Source: an uncultured Myxococcales bacterium (GTDB lineage: Bacteria; Myxococcota_A; Bradymonadia; REDH01). Taken from it: a stretch of DNA of 64,000 bases. Shown in pieces: positions 55,396-64,000 of the stretch. Location: NCBI GenBank assembly GCA_965367675.1, contig CBDUJZ010000010.1, positions 175 to 64,174 on the forward strand. The letters are read 5' to 3'. A program made the position numbers and the translations under genes. The stretch's first letter is position 1. Each line of letters begins with the position of its first letter. The notes below the pieces were generated by a model. It was not told where the DNA came from, made no database searches, and saw nothing but the letters and a program-made list of their open reading frames with translations.

Positions 55396-56936
55396 GCAAC
55401 CACACAACGCCTGACGCCGTCATTCAGATCGACGATGTCACCGCCGACGTGCACGACAGCGCCGACATGGTGGTCATCGGCAGCGGTGCCGCGGGCGGAG
55501 TCGCCGCCAAGGTGCTCGCCGACGCGGGGCTCAGCGTGATCATCCTCGAGGAGGGGCCCTACGTGCCGCCCGAAGCGTTCCGCCGCGACGTGTGGTCGGC
55601 GTTCAAAAACCTGTGGCGTGACGCGGGGTTCCAGGTCGCCGAAGGCCGGTCGTTTCTGCCCATCCTGCAGGGTTGCGCGGTGGGCGGGTCGACGGTCGTC
55701 AACGGCGCGATCGTACACCGGATTCCCGAGCAGATTCATAGCGCGTGGGCGGCCCAACACGGCGCAAACACCCTGCTCTCGATGTCGGAGTTGGAACGCG
55801 CGTACGACCTGCTCGACGCTCGGCTGGGCGTCGCCCGCGTCCCCGAAGATGTGCTCGGGCGCAACAACCAGCTCATGCGCGACGGCGCAAACAAGATGGG
55901 CATCCGCAGCAACGAGATCATGCGCAATGTGCGTGGCTGCGAAGGCTCCGCGGGCTGCTTGCAGGGCTGCCAAAACGCGCGCAAACAATCCACCAACTTT
56001 ACCACCATCCCGGACGCCATCGCCCGCGGCGCTCGCGTGTACGCCACCTGCCGCGCAGAGCGCTTCGAGTCCAAAGCGGGGCGGGTCACGCACGTGGTGG
56101 GCCGGTTCCGCGACCCCCGCGACGGGCGCATGGGCCCCAAGCTGCGCGTCGAAGCCAAACACGCTGTGCTCGTGGCAGCCTCTGCGATTCAAACGCCCCT
56201 GCTGCTCGCCGCAAACGGCATCGGGCGCCAAAGCAAACAAGTCGGTCGACGTTTTCAGTGTCACCCCGGTTCCGGCCTCATCGGCGTGTTCGATGAGCCC
56301 GTGAACATGTGGTTTGGCGCCACCCAAGCGTACGAAACCACCCACTGGTGGGACGAGCGCATGAAGTTTGAGACCGTCGGCACGCCCCCCGAGGTCGGCC
56401 TCTCCCGCCTGCCGGGCTTCGGCGCCGAGTTCATGAACCGCGTCGCCGACTATGGCCACGTGACCAGCATGGGGGTGCAGATCCGCGCGCACGGCATGGG
56501 GACAGTCAAACGCGGGTTGTTCGGCCGCACCGTCATCCGCTGGGACTTCACCCAACAGGACATCCGCAACCTCAAGCTCGGCCTCCAGCGGCTCGGTACG
56601 CTCATGTTCGAGGCCGGTGCCCGCCAATTGCTGCCGGGCATCCACGGCATCCCCGACGCCATCGACTCGCCGGACGCCCTCCGCGCGCTGGACGATCTGC
56701 CCGACGACCCACGCCTCTTCCACGGCATCGCGTCACATATGTTCGGCACCGCGGTCATGGGCACGGACCCGCGGACCAGCGTGGTCGGTCCCGAGCTGGA
56801 GTCCCACGAACTCAAGGGACTGCACGTGATCGACTCGTCGGTGTTCCCGAGCAACATGGGCGTGAACCCGGCACACACCATCTCCGCCATCGCCTGGCTG
56901 GCGGCCGAGCGGGTCGCGGAGCGTTGTACGGGGTAG
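55392..56936 (+). CDS. GMC-family FAD oxidoreductase
   Basis: N-terminal FAD motif VVIGSGAAGGVAAKVLA. C-terminal GMC signature (GTAVMG…HVIDSSVFPSNMGVNP). Confidence 0.8.
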   Translation: MSNHTTPDAVIQIDDVTADVHDSADMVVIGSGAAGGVAAKVLADAGLSVIILEEGPYVPPEAFRRDVWSAFKNLWRDAGFQVAEGRSFLPILQGCAVGGSTVVNGAIVHRIPEQIHSAWAAQHGANTLLSMSELERAYDLLDARLGVARVPEDVLGRNNQLMRDGANKMGIRSNEIMRNVRGCEGSAGCLQGCQNARKQSTNFTTIPDAIARGARVYATCRAERFESKAGRVTHVVGRFRDPRDGRMGPKLRVEAKHAVLVAASAIQTPLLLAANGIGRQSKQVGRRFQCHPGSGLIGVFDEPVNMWFGATQAYETTHWWDERMKFETVGTPPEVGLSRLPGFGAEFMNRVADYGHVTSMGVQIRAHGMGTVKRGLFGRTVIRWDFTQQDIRNLKLGLQRLGTLMFEAGARQLLPGIHGIPDAIDSPDALRALDDLPDDPRLFHGIASHMFGTAVMGTDPRTSVVGPELESHELKGLHVIDSSVFPSNMGVNPAHTISAIAWLAAERVAERCTG

Positions 56937-57010
56937 GGGCCGAGCGTTGTAAGGGGTAGCGGAGCCGCATCGGCGCTTGCTTTCCGCCGTCGCGATGCTA
57001 TCGAAGCGGC

Positions 57011-59713
57011 ATGCCACTGCGACCCCACCCGCCAACCCTGACGCCGACCGTTACCCGCCGCCCCGAGGTGCTCGCACCCGCTGGCGACATGCAGAGCCTG
57101 CGCACCGCGCTCGCTGTTGGCGCGGACGCGGTCTACCTGGGGCTCGACGAGGGGTTCAACGCCCGCGCCCGTGCTCAGAACTTCTCGGTCGACAACCTGC
57201 ACGAGGTGGTCGCCGAGGTGCATCGGGCCGGCGCGCGCGCTTACGTGACGCTCAACACGCTGTTGTTCGAGGTCGAGATCCCGATCCTCGAAGGGTTGTT
57301 GCGGTCCATCGCGTCGTCGGGCGTCGACGCGCTCATCGTGCAGGACCCGGCCATCTGCCTGATGGCGCAGGCGCTGTGCCCGGAGCTCGAGATTCACGCG
57401 AGCACGCAGATGACGGTGTCGTCGCCGGAGGGCGCGCGTTTTTCGCAAACATTGGGCGTCACGCGCGTTGTTGTCCCGCGCGAGTTGTCGGTCACGGAGA
57501 TCGCCGAGTTTGCAAACAACACCGATGTAGAAGTCGAAGTGTTTGTTCACGGCGCGTTGTGTGTGTCGTGGAGCGGGCAGTGTTTGAGCAGCGAGGCGTG
57601 GGGCGGCCGGTCGGCCAACCGCGGTCAGTGCGCTCAGGCGTGCCGCCTTCCGTACGACCTGATCGTGGACGGAAAGCACAAAGAAATCGACGACTTGCGC
57701 TATCTGCTGAGCCCCAAGGATCTCGCAGGAATGCGCGCGATCCCGGCGCTCATGGAGATCGGCGTCCACACGCTCAAGATCGAAGGACGACTCAAGGGCC
57801 CGGCGTACGTCGCGACCACTGTCACCGGTTTCCGCAGCTGGGTCGACACCATCGCGAGCGGCGACGGCGGCTCGGCCGAGGCTGAAGAGGCGGTCGGCCG
57901 CGACTTGGCCAAGATGATGGTCACGTATTCACGCGGATTCAGCGACGGTTTCCTGGCCGGCGCCGACCATCAATCGCTCGTCGAAGGGCGGTTCCCCAAA
58001 CACCGCGGCGTGTATCTGGGACGCGTGGTTCAGGTGGACGGCCAGCAGGTGTGGGTGCGCCCCGAGGAGCGTCCGATGCCGCACGGCACGGGTGAGGTCG
58101 CCTCGCCGTTGCCCGCGCTCGGCAGCCCCACGGCGAGCAACGCCGGCGCGGCTGTGGTGATCCCCACGCCCGCCCGCGGTATGGGGATCGGCTTCGACAC
58201 CGGACGCCCGCAGGACAAGGAACCAGGCGGCCCCATCTTCTCCGTGGAGCGCGATGGCGAGCACTGGGTGCTCGGCTTCGGCCGCCCCGGTCCGAACCTG
58301 AACCAAGTGGCGCCCGGCGACCGTGTGTGGATCTCCGGTGACCCAGTGGTACAGCGCGAGGCCGAGAAGCTCGCCGACGCGCTGGAACCGAGCGGGAGAC
58401 TGGGCGTGCGGCTCGAAGTCTCGGGCCAGGCGGGCGCGCCGCTGCAGGTGCGCGCGCAGGCGCTGACCCGAAACGGCGAGCGCGTGATGGCGACCGTCAC
58501 CGACGTCACTGAGAGCACCCTCGAGGCCGCCCGCTCCGGCGGCATCGACGCGGCCCTGCTGGAGTCCAAGCTCGCCGCGTTCGGCGGCACTCCGTTCTCG
58601 CTGGTCAGCATGGCGACCGACGCGCTCGCGCCCGGACTGCACCTGCCGGTTCGCGAGCTCAAGGCGCTGCGTCGCCGTCTGGTGGACGCGCTCATGCCCA
58701 GCGTGGAGAACCCGCCCCGCCACGTGTCGGAGCTGTCCCCGGCCGACGTGGTGCGCGCGGGCCAAGCGACCCGCACCGCGCCGTCCTCGGCCTCGACTTC
58801 GGCCCCTCAACTTGTGCCGTTGTGTCGCACCGACGAGCAGCTGGACGCGGTCATCGCGCTGGCTGGTGAGCCGGGCTCCGCGATCACCGAGGTGGAGCTC
58901 GATTGGATGGAGATGGTGGGGCTCGGCAAGGCGTTCGACCGCGCCAAAGCGGCCGGTTTGCGCGTCGTTGTGGCCACTGTGCGTGTGCAAAAGCCCGGCG
59001 AAGGCGGCTTTGACCGGCGCATCGAGAAGCTGCAGCCCGACGGCGTGCTCGTCCGCCACTGGGGCGCGCTCATGCACTTCCTCGAGCGTTCGCGCGACCA
59101 GCCCGACGCTCCGCGGCCGGTGTTGCACGGCGACTTTTCGCTCAACGTGACCAACTCCATCACCGCGCACCACCTGCTCGGCCTCGGCCTCGACACGCTG
59201 ACCTCGGCGCACGACCTCGACGCGGTGCAATTGTTTGCTTTGCTCGAGAACGTGCCGACCGCGCAAACAACGGTCGTGGTGCATCACCATATCCCCACGT
59301 TCCACACCGAGCACTGCGTGTATGCACACACGCTCTCGCGCGGGCGTGACTACCGGACCTGCGGACGCCCCTGCGAAGCACACCGCGTGGCCCTGCGCGA
59401 CCGCGATGGACAAGAGCACCCGATCATCGTCGACGTCGGCTGCCGCAACACGGTCTTCAACGCGCAGGCGCAATCCGCCGCGTCGCTGATTCCGCGTCTC
59501 CGCGACGCTGGTGTGGGCCGCCTGCGGGTGGAGTTCGTCTGGGAAGACGGCGCCGACGCTCGCCGCGTGCTCACCGCTTACTCCGCACTCCTGGCGGGTG
59601 AGATCGACGCCGCCACCTGCGTGCGACAGCTGGGTGCACACGAACAGTTCGGCGTCACCGCCGGCACCATGCGCACGCTCGAGCCCGGCGTGGGTCGCAC
59701 CGCCGGACTCTAG
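57011..59713 (+). CDS. Peptidase U32 family protein, long form (RlhA/YegQ-like with DUF3656-type C-terminus)
   Basis: U32 signature EVFVHGALCVSWSGQCLSS…GRSANRGQCAQACR, plus an N-terminal TIM-barrel region (LAPAGDMQSLRTALAVGADAVYLG). Confidence 0.8.
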   Translation: MPLRPHPPTLTPTVTRRPEVLAPAGDMQSLRTALAVGADAVYLGLDEGFNARARAQNFSVDNLHEVVAEVHRAGARAYVTLNTLLFEVEIPILEGLLRSIASSGVDALIVQDPAICLMAQALCPELEIHASTQMTVSSPEGARFSQTLGVTRVVVPRELSVTEIAEFANNTDVEVEVFVHGALCVSWSGQCLSSEAWGGRSANRGQCAQACRLPYDLIVDGKHKEIDDLRYLLSPKDLAGMRAIPALMEIGVHTLKIEGRLKGPAYVATTVTGFRSWVDTIASGDGGSAEAEEAVGRDLAKMMVTYSRGFSDGFLAGADHQSLVEGRFPKHRGVYLGRVVQVDGQQVWVRPEERPMPHGTGEVASPLPALGSPTASNAGAAVVIPTPARGMGIGFDTGRPQDKEPGGPIFSVERDGEHWVLGFGRPGPNLNQVAPGDRVWISGDPVVQREAEKLADALEPSGRLGVRLEVSGQAGAPLQVRAQALTRNGERVMATVTDVTESTLEAARSGGIDAALLESKLAAFGGTPFSLVSMATDALAPGLHLPVRELKALRRRLVDALMPSVENPPRHVSELSPADVVRAGQATRTAPSSASTSAPQLVPLCRTDEQLDAVIALAGEPGSAITEVELDWMEMVGLGKAFDRAKAAGLRVVVATVRVQKPGEGGFDRRIEKLQPDGVLVRHWGALMHFLERSRDQPDAPRPVLHGDFSLNVTNSITAHHLLGLGLDTLTSAHDLDAVQLFALLENVPTAQTTVVVHHHIPTFHTEHCVYAHTLSRGRDYRTCGRPCEAHRVALRDRDGQEHPIIVDVGCRNTVFNAQAQSAASLIPRLRDAGVGRLRVEFVWEDGADARRVLTAYSALLAGEIDAATCVRQLGAHEQFGVTAGTMRTLEPGVGRTAGL

Positions 59714-59747
59714 CCCTCGGTGTGCCGCTCCGGGCGGGGTAGCGACG

Positions 59748-60641
59748 CTAACGCTGCGCGGCGCAAACGACCGTGTCGGCGTTCAAGTCCCAGCGCTTGA
59801 GCAACGTCGTACGCGGCGCGTCCGCGCACACCGCCGCGACCGACAACGAACGCTCCTCGTCGCACACCCACTCGTCGGGGTACTCCACGTTCCACACGGG
59901 CAACCCCAGCGCTTCGAACGGCGCGCCAGCGTCGCAGAAGTCGTACAGCACGCACGCTTCCATGAGCAGGCCGCCGAACCGGGCGCGGAGCGCATCCTCG
60001 ATCGGCAGCTCCGTGCCGTTCTTGAGGATCGGCAACAGCCCAAACTCCTCGGCGACTGAGACCAGCGCTTGCAGGTACGCCACCTGCTCGTCCTGCGTCA
60101 CGTCGAACCCCGTGTTGTTGTCCCACGCGTCCACGTTGTCGAACTCGACCATGTCGAAGCCCTTCTCGGCGCACAACGCGACCCGCGCGCGCATCACCGG
60201 CATGAAGGCCTCGTAGGCGCGCACGTTGAGCCACCGCTCCCCGGCCCAACCCTCCAGCGGGCGGCCGATCGCACCCTCGCGGCCCTCTGCGCGGAGCTGC
60301 GCGTCGATGGCCTCCAGCTCCGCCACATCGTCGCGGTAGCGCTCGGCCGAGCCCACACTCATGTAGCACCAAACGGTGGTTCCCTGGGCGTGTGCGGCCT
60401 CGATCCAGGCCGCGTCTACGTCGTATAGGTCCACGCCCACGTAGGCGACAGCCGGCGGGGTGGCCGGAATCGCGTCGCTCTCCAGAATCCACTCCCAGGC
60501 GTGTGGGTCGTTGAGCTCGGCCCAGTCCGCTGCGGTGCCGTAGGTGACGTCGGCGTCGCAGTCTCCACCGCAAGCCCCCGCAAACGAAGCGAATGCGGCG
60601 AGCATGCCGAGCGCAACAAGTGACCGGAGGACAGGGCGCAT
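59748..60641 (-). CDS. GH114-family endo-alpha-1,4-polygalactosaminidase-like lipoprotein
   Basis: Signal/lipobox (FAGACGGD). GH114-like motifs (TVWCYMSVGSAERYRDD; GFDMVEFDNVDAWDNNTGF; LLPILKNG). Confidence 0.6.
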   Translation of the reverse strand: MRPVLRSLVALGMLAAFASFAGACGGDCDADVTYGTAADWAELNDPHAWEWILESDAIPATPPAVAYVGVDLYDVDAAWIEAAHAQGTTVWCYMSVGSAERYRDDVAELEAIDAQLRAEGREGAIGRPLEGWAGERWLNVRAYEAFMPVMRARVALCAEKGFDMVEFDNVDAWDNNTGFDVTQDEQVAYLQALVSVAEEFGLLPILKNGTELPIEDALRARFGGLLMEACVLYDFCDAGAPFEALGLPVWNVEYPDEWVCDEERSLSVAAVCADAPRTTLLKRWDLNADTVVCAAQR

Positions 60642-60823
60642 CGTGAGGCTCGGGGTGGTTGAAGCAGCCGAACACACACTCTCAGACCGCGCCGCACAAT
60701 GCGATCGCAATCGAAAAGTGCGTATTGAGCACTCGAGTTTCAGCCGCTACAGTTCCGACTCCCCCCTACAATCTCGGGCGCCTTCTCCGCAACTCGCGGC
60801 GCCCCACTTCAATGGATCGAACC

Positions 60824-61576
60824 ATGAATCGACTGGGATTTTTCGCGCTCTGTTTCGCGACCGTGCTCGCGTTCAGCGCTTCGGCGCAGGCTGAGCAGCT
60901 GTACGCAATTCAGGGCGACACGATGTACTCCGCCTCCACTGCCGACGGCAGCTGGCAGGCGTTGAGCAACACGTGGTCGGGCACGCAGCTGCTGACCAGC
61001 CATGCCGGCAACTTGTACGCGATCCAGGGCGACAACCTGTACCGCGTGAACCCGGCCGACGGCACCTGGGAGTCGATCTCCACCACGTGGCAGGGCGCCT
61101 CCGGCCTCACGTCCGACGGCTCACAGCTGTACGGCTTCCAGGGCTCCACGCTCTACGCCGTGAACGCCTCGACCGGCACCTGGGCCTCCGTCCCGGGCAG
61201 CTACGCGGGAACGCAGTTCATTGCCTGGGCCGGTGGCGGCCTCATGGTTCTGCAGAACGATACGCTCTACCGCGTGAACCCGGCCGACGGCGCCTACGAG
61301 ACGCTGCCCTCGACCTACGCCGGCACCACCGCCGTCGCCGGCTCGCCGTCCGCGTTCTACGCCGTCCAAGGCGACGTGCTCTACAGCGTGAACCCCACCT
61401 CCGGCGAGTACCGCTCCGTGGGCAGCGGCTACGCTGGCGTCACAGAGATGGCCGTCTGTGACGGCAGCGTGTTCGTCATCTGGCAGAACGCGCTGTGGAA
61501 GGTGAACCCCGCCGACGGCAGCTACACCGTGCTCACCGAGAGCTGGTCCGGCACCAGCGCGCTCACCTGCCTGTAG
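60824..61576 (+). CDS. Secreted 8-repeat protein, beta-propeller/lectin-like
   Basis: Signal peptide. Eight ~30-aa repeats of LYAIQGDxLYRVNPADGTWxxxxxxWxG, with conserved W/G/D positions. Confidence 0.5.
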   Translation: MNRLGFFALCFATVLAFSASAQAEQLYAIQGDTMYSASTADGSWQALSNTWSGTQLLTSHAGNLYAIQGDNLYRVNPADGTWESISTTWQGASGLTSDGSQLYGFQGSTLYAVNASTGTWASVPGSYAGTQFIAWAGGGLMVLQNDTLYRVNPADGAYETLPSTYAGTTAVAGSPSAFYAVQGDVLYSVNPTSGEYRSVGSGYAGVTEMAVCDGSVFVIWQNALWKVNPADGSYTVLTESWSGTSALTCL

Positions 61577-61729
61577 TCGCTCGCTGAGGGACCGCCGCCG
61601 GGAAAACCGGTGGCGGTTGTTCGTTTTTGCGCCCCCCACCAGCACGCGTGCGGTTGTCCGATCGCCCGCCGCAGCTTACCGTCGCCTCGCCGTCGACGGC
61701 GTTACAAGGGCATGGGCTATCGGAGCGAT

Positions 61730-62608
61730 ATGAGTGCAGAGCGAAAACTAGCGGGCTTGGTGGATCTCCTCTCCATGGAGAAAATCGAAGAGAACCTGTT
61801 CCGCGGGCAGAGCGTCGACCTCGGATGGGGACGCGTGTTCGGCGGCCAAGTGCTCGGGCAGGCCGTCTCCGCCGCCGAGCAGACCGTCCCCGAGGATCGC
61901 GTCCTGCACTCCATGCATTGCTATTTCCTGCGCCCCGGCGACGTGAAGGCCCCCATCGTTTATGAGGTCGACCGCATCCGCGACGGCCGCTCGTTCACGA
62001 CTCGGCGCGTGGTCGCGATTCAGCACGGCAAGGCCATCCTGAACATGTCGGCCTCGTTCCAGATCCATGAGGAGGGCTTCACGCATCAGGACACCATGCC
62101 CGATGTACCGGATCCGGAGTCGCTGCCCACGGCGCAAGAGGTGTACGCCAAGTACTACGATCGCATCCCCAAGTTCATCCGCGACAAGGCGCTGGCAGAA
62201 GGACCGATCGAGCTCCGTCCGGTCACCCACGTCGACGATCCCATCGCGCCGTCGCTCGCTCCGCCGATCAAACGTTACTGGTTCAAAGCCTCGGCGGCGC
62301 TTCCCGACGACCCGCGTATCCACCGGTATTTGCTGGCGTATTTGAGCGACAGCGACTTCCTGATCACCGCGCTACAGCCCCACGGCGTCACCTGGCTCAC
62401 GCCGGGTCTGCAGAGCGCGAGCTTGGATCACGCCATGTGGTTCCACCGCCCGTTCCGTGTCGACGAGTGGATGCTCTACGACATCCACAGCCCCGCTGCC
62501 GGCGGCGCGCGGGGGCTCGTTCGCGGAAGCTTCTACGACCGCGAGGGCCGGCTGGTCGCGTCGGCTGCGCAAGAGGGCCTGCTCCGACAGCACAGCCTCG
62601 GCTCATAA
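61730..62608 (+). CDS. tesB: Acyl-CoA thioesterase II
   Basis: N-terminal LLxLExIEENLFRGQS…GGQVLGQA and a double hot-dog length. Confidence 0.8.
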   Translation: MSAERKLAGLVDLLSMEKIEENLFRGQSVDLGWGRVFGGQVLGQAVSAAEQTVPEDRVLHSMHCYFLRPGDVKAPIVYEVDRIRDGRSFTTRRVVAIQHGKAILNMSASFQIHEEGFTHQDTMPDVPDPESLPTAQEVYAKYYDRIPKFIRDKALAEGPIELRPVTHVDDPIAPSLAPPIKRYWFKASAALPDDPRIHRYLLAYLSDSDFLITALQPHGVTWLTPGLQSASLDHAMWFHRPFRVDEWMLYDIHSPAAGGARGLVRGSFYDREGRLVASAAQEGLLRQHSLGS

Positions 62609-62997
62609 CGCGTCCTTCTCATTCTCGTTGTGGCCCGCTACTGCTAGGCCCCGTCCTAGGCTGAGAACCGTGATCTGCAAACTTCCGCGCGTCGCCGCTT
62701 ACTCTGCCTCACCCCCTGCGCGTCGGCGCGAACAGAGAGCGTCATGCAGCCTTGGAACGTCGGAAACCTAGAAGGCCTCATTCCCATACTCGGCGGCACC
62801 TACCTGTGGCTGATGCTGTCGGGCGTGGTCCCGCGGGCTCCCAAGCACCCTGAGAGGATGGACGCTTGGCGGGCCAAATATGGCACCATTCTGAAGGTGG
62901 TCTGCCCACTGACGATCGTGTTTGGCCTGCTCCAGTTGATCGGGATCGTCTGACCCGCTGGCGCTCCGCCACAGTCCTGCGTTCGCGGTCCGGCGGT

Positions 62998-63978
62998 CTA
63001 GAAGCACGCCCCGTCGGTCCGCTGCAGCACCGCCAGATCGAACGGTGGGTAGCCCACATCGATCGGCCCGGCGAGCCGCTCTCCAGTCGTGGAGTCGAGC
63101 ACGACGACGCCGGGCTGGAGCAGCGACCGGTCCGCGATCCATACGCGGTCGTCGGCGAGCACGAGGTCGAATACGCCGCCGTTCTCGGAGGTCCAGAGGG
63201 CCGGGCCCAGCGCGAACGGGTCGAGCGTCGCGCGATGCACGGTGGCCCCAAACGCGTGGTCAGCCAGCGCTAACCACGCGACGTCGCCTTCCACCGCGAG
63301 CTCCACGATGTCGCGGTCGCCAAGGTCGGTTTCGTTCACGACGAGCCCCGTAGAGAGGCCGGTGGACAGGTCGATGATCTCAATGCCACCGTCGTCGCGC
63401 GTGGTGCCCGTGACGCGGTGACCGCCGCTGTGGCCGACCACGAGTCGCGTGCCGTCGAGGGCGAAACCGGTTGGGTTGCACGCCGCCAGCTCCAGCACGG
63501 ACGCTCCGTCGAACGCGTCGACCGGGTCCATGGTGAAGGGATCGAGCGCGAGCAAACGCCCGCGACTTGTGGCGCTGCAGCCGGGGTAGGGGTCCAGGCC
63601 CTGTACGAGGACAAACAGAACATCGCGCCCGTCCTGGGCCACAACAAAAGCGTCTAGGACGTCGGCGCGGTCATCCGATTCTGCCGCCGCGGATACCACA
63701 TAGTCGGCACCCGTTCGCAACTCAGCGTCGGGTGCGAGGTCGACCCGGGCGAGCGTGCCCTCGTTGTACAAGGGGACCCAGGCGGTTCCATCGCCGAGCG
63801 GGACCAAGCTCCACGGGTTGGAGCCCCCGCCGAGGGAGCGCTGGGACGCGGTGGCGTAGCCGCGGTCCGGGTCGAGCTCCTGGATCGAGTCTGCGCCCTG
63901 TCGGTTGATGACAAACACGCGCTCGCCAAGCACGCGGAGCACCGCATCGGAGTGGACTGCGGTGACGTCGGGGTCCAC
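62998..63978 (-). CDS. Hypothetical beta-propeller-like protein (YVTN/PQQ-like repeats?)
   Basis: Repetitive D/G/V-rich ~45-aa units. Low-certainty call near the window edge. Confidence 0.3.
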   Translation of the reverse strand: MDPDVTAVHSDAVLRVLGERVFVINRQGADSIQELDPDRGYATASQRSLGGGSNPWSLVPLGDGTAWVPLYNEGTLARVDLAPDAELRTGADYVVSAAAESDDRADVLDAFVVAQDGRDVLFVLVQGLDPYPGCSATSRGRLLALDPFTMDPVDAFDGASVLELAACNPTGFALDGTRLVVGHSGGHRVTGTTRDDGGIEIIDLSTGLSTGLVVNETDLGDRDIVELAVEGDVAWLALADHAFGATVHRATLDPFALGPALWTSENGGVFDLVLADDRVWIADRSLLQPGVVVLDSTTGERLAGPIDVGYPPFDLAVLQRTDGACF

Positions 63979-64000
63979 ATCGTATGTGTTTGCGTCGAGT

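Noticed and set aside
55314-59641. Long minus-strand ORFs (55314–56723, 56450–57769, 57929–59641) antisense to the GMC and U32 genes
   Set aside because: Antisense artefacts of high GC. The sense strands carry the GMC and U32 signatures.
62744-62953. 69-aa ORF encoding a possible 2-TM mini-protein
   Set aside because: It is too short to call. The coding signal cannot be distinguished from chance in this GC context. I left it unannotated.

Overview
The window is a 64 kb, roughly 70% GC stretch of bacterial chromosome. Its gene content suggests a myxobacterium (Myxococcota, Sandaracinus/Sorangiineae-like): eukaryotic-like Ser/Thr kinases with PEGA domains, an FHA–sigma54 activator, and many Cys-rich or low-complexity secreted lipoproteins. 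It is gene-dense on both strands. I did not recognise any rRNA, tRNA, CRISPR array, transposase or integrase. The window spans the replication-initiation neighbourhood. rsmG-parA-parB sit at 14.0–16.4 kb and dnaA at 40.2–41.8 kb. A 540 bp AT-enriched gap with a cluster of DnaA-box-like 9-mers lies directly upstream of dnaA and is the candidate oriC. Other content, in order: an envelope glycan/lipid-modification cluster at 1.5–10.3 kb (GT2, B12-radical SAM, UPF0104 flippase-like protein, AsnB/WbpS-like amidotransferase, epimerase, large polytopic membrane proteins); pabC-pabB; a P-type copper ATPase; PAS histidine kinase and two tandem CheY-like regulators; a diheme cytochrome c plus beta-helix lipoprotein operon; a GMC oxidoreductase operon; a U32 peptidase; a GH114 hydrolase; and TesB. 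The most unusual loci are four. (i) A translationally coupled SNF2 helicase – SWIM zinc-finger – beta-class DNA methyltransferase cassette about 2.6 kb downstream of dnaA. (ii) Two tandem paralogous lipoproteins built from a 38-residue, 8-Cys repeat plus acidic T/D/E-rich tracts, followed by a metzincin lipoprotein. (iii) Two unannotatable genes where dnaN would normally follow dnaA. (iv) Three tandem hairpin-forming 21-bp repeats at the 5' end of a GT-C-like membrane protein gene. Adjacent genes in operons are joined by 4-nt ATGA/GTGA start/stop overlaps in at least ten places. High GC produces many long antisense ORFs, which I rejected. All functional calls come from motif recognition by eye; no database search was run.
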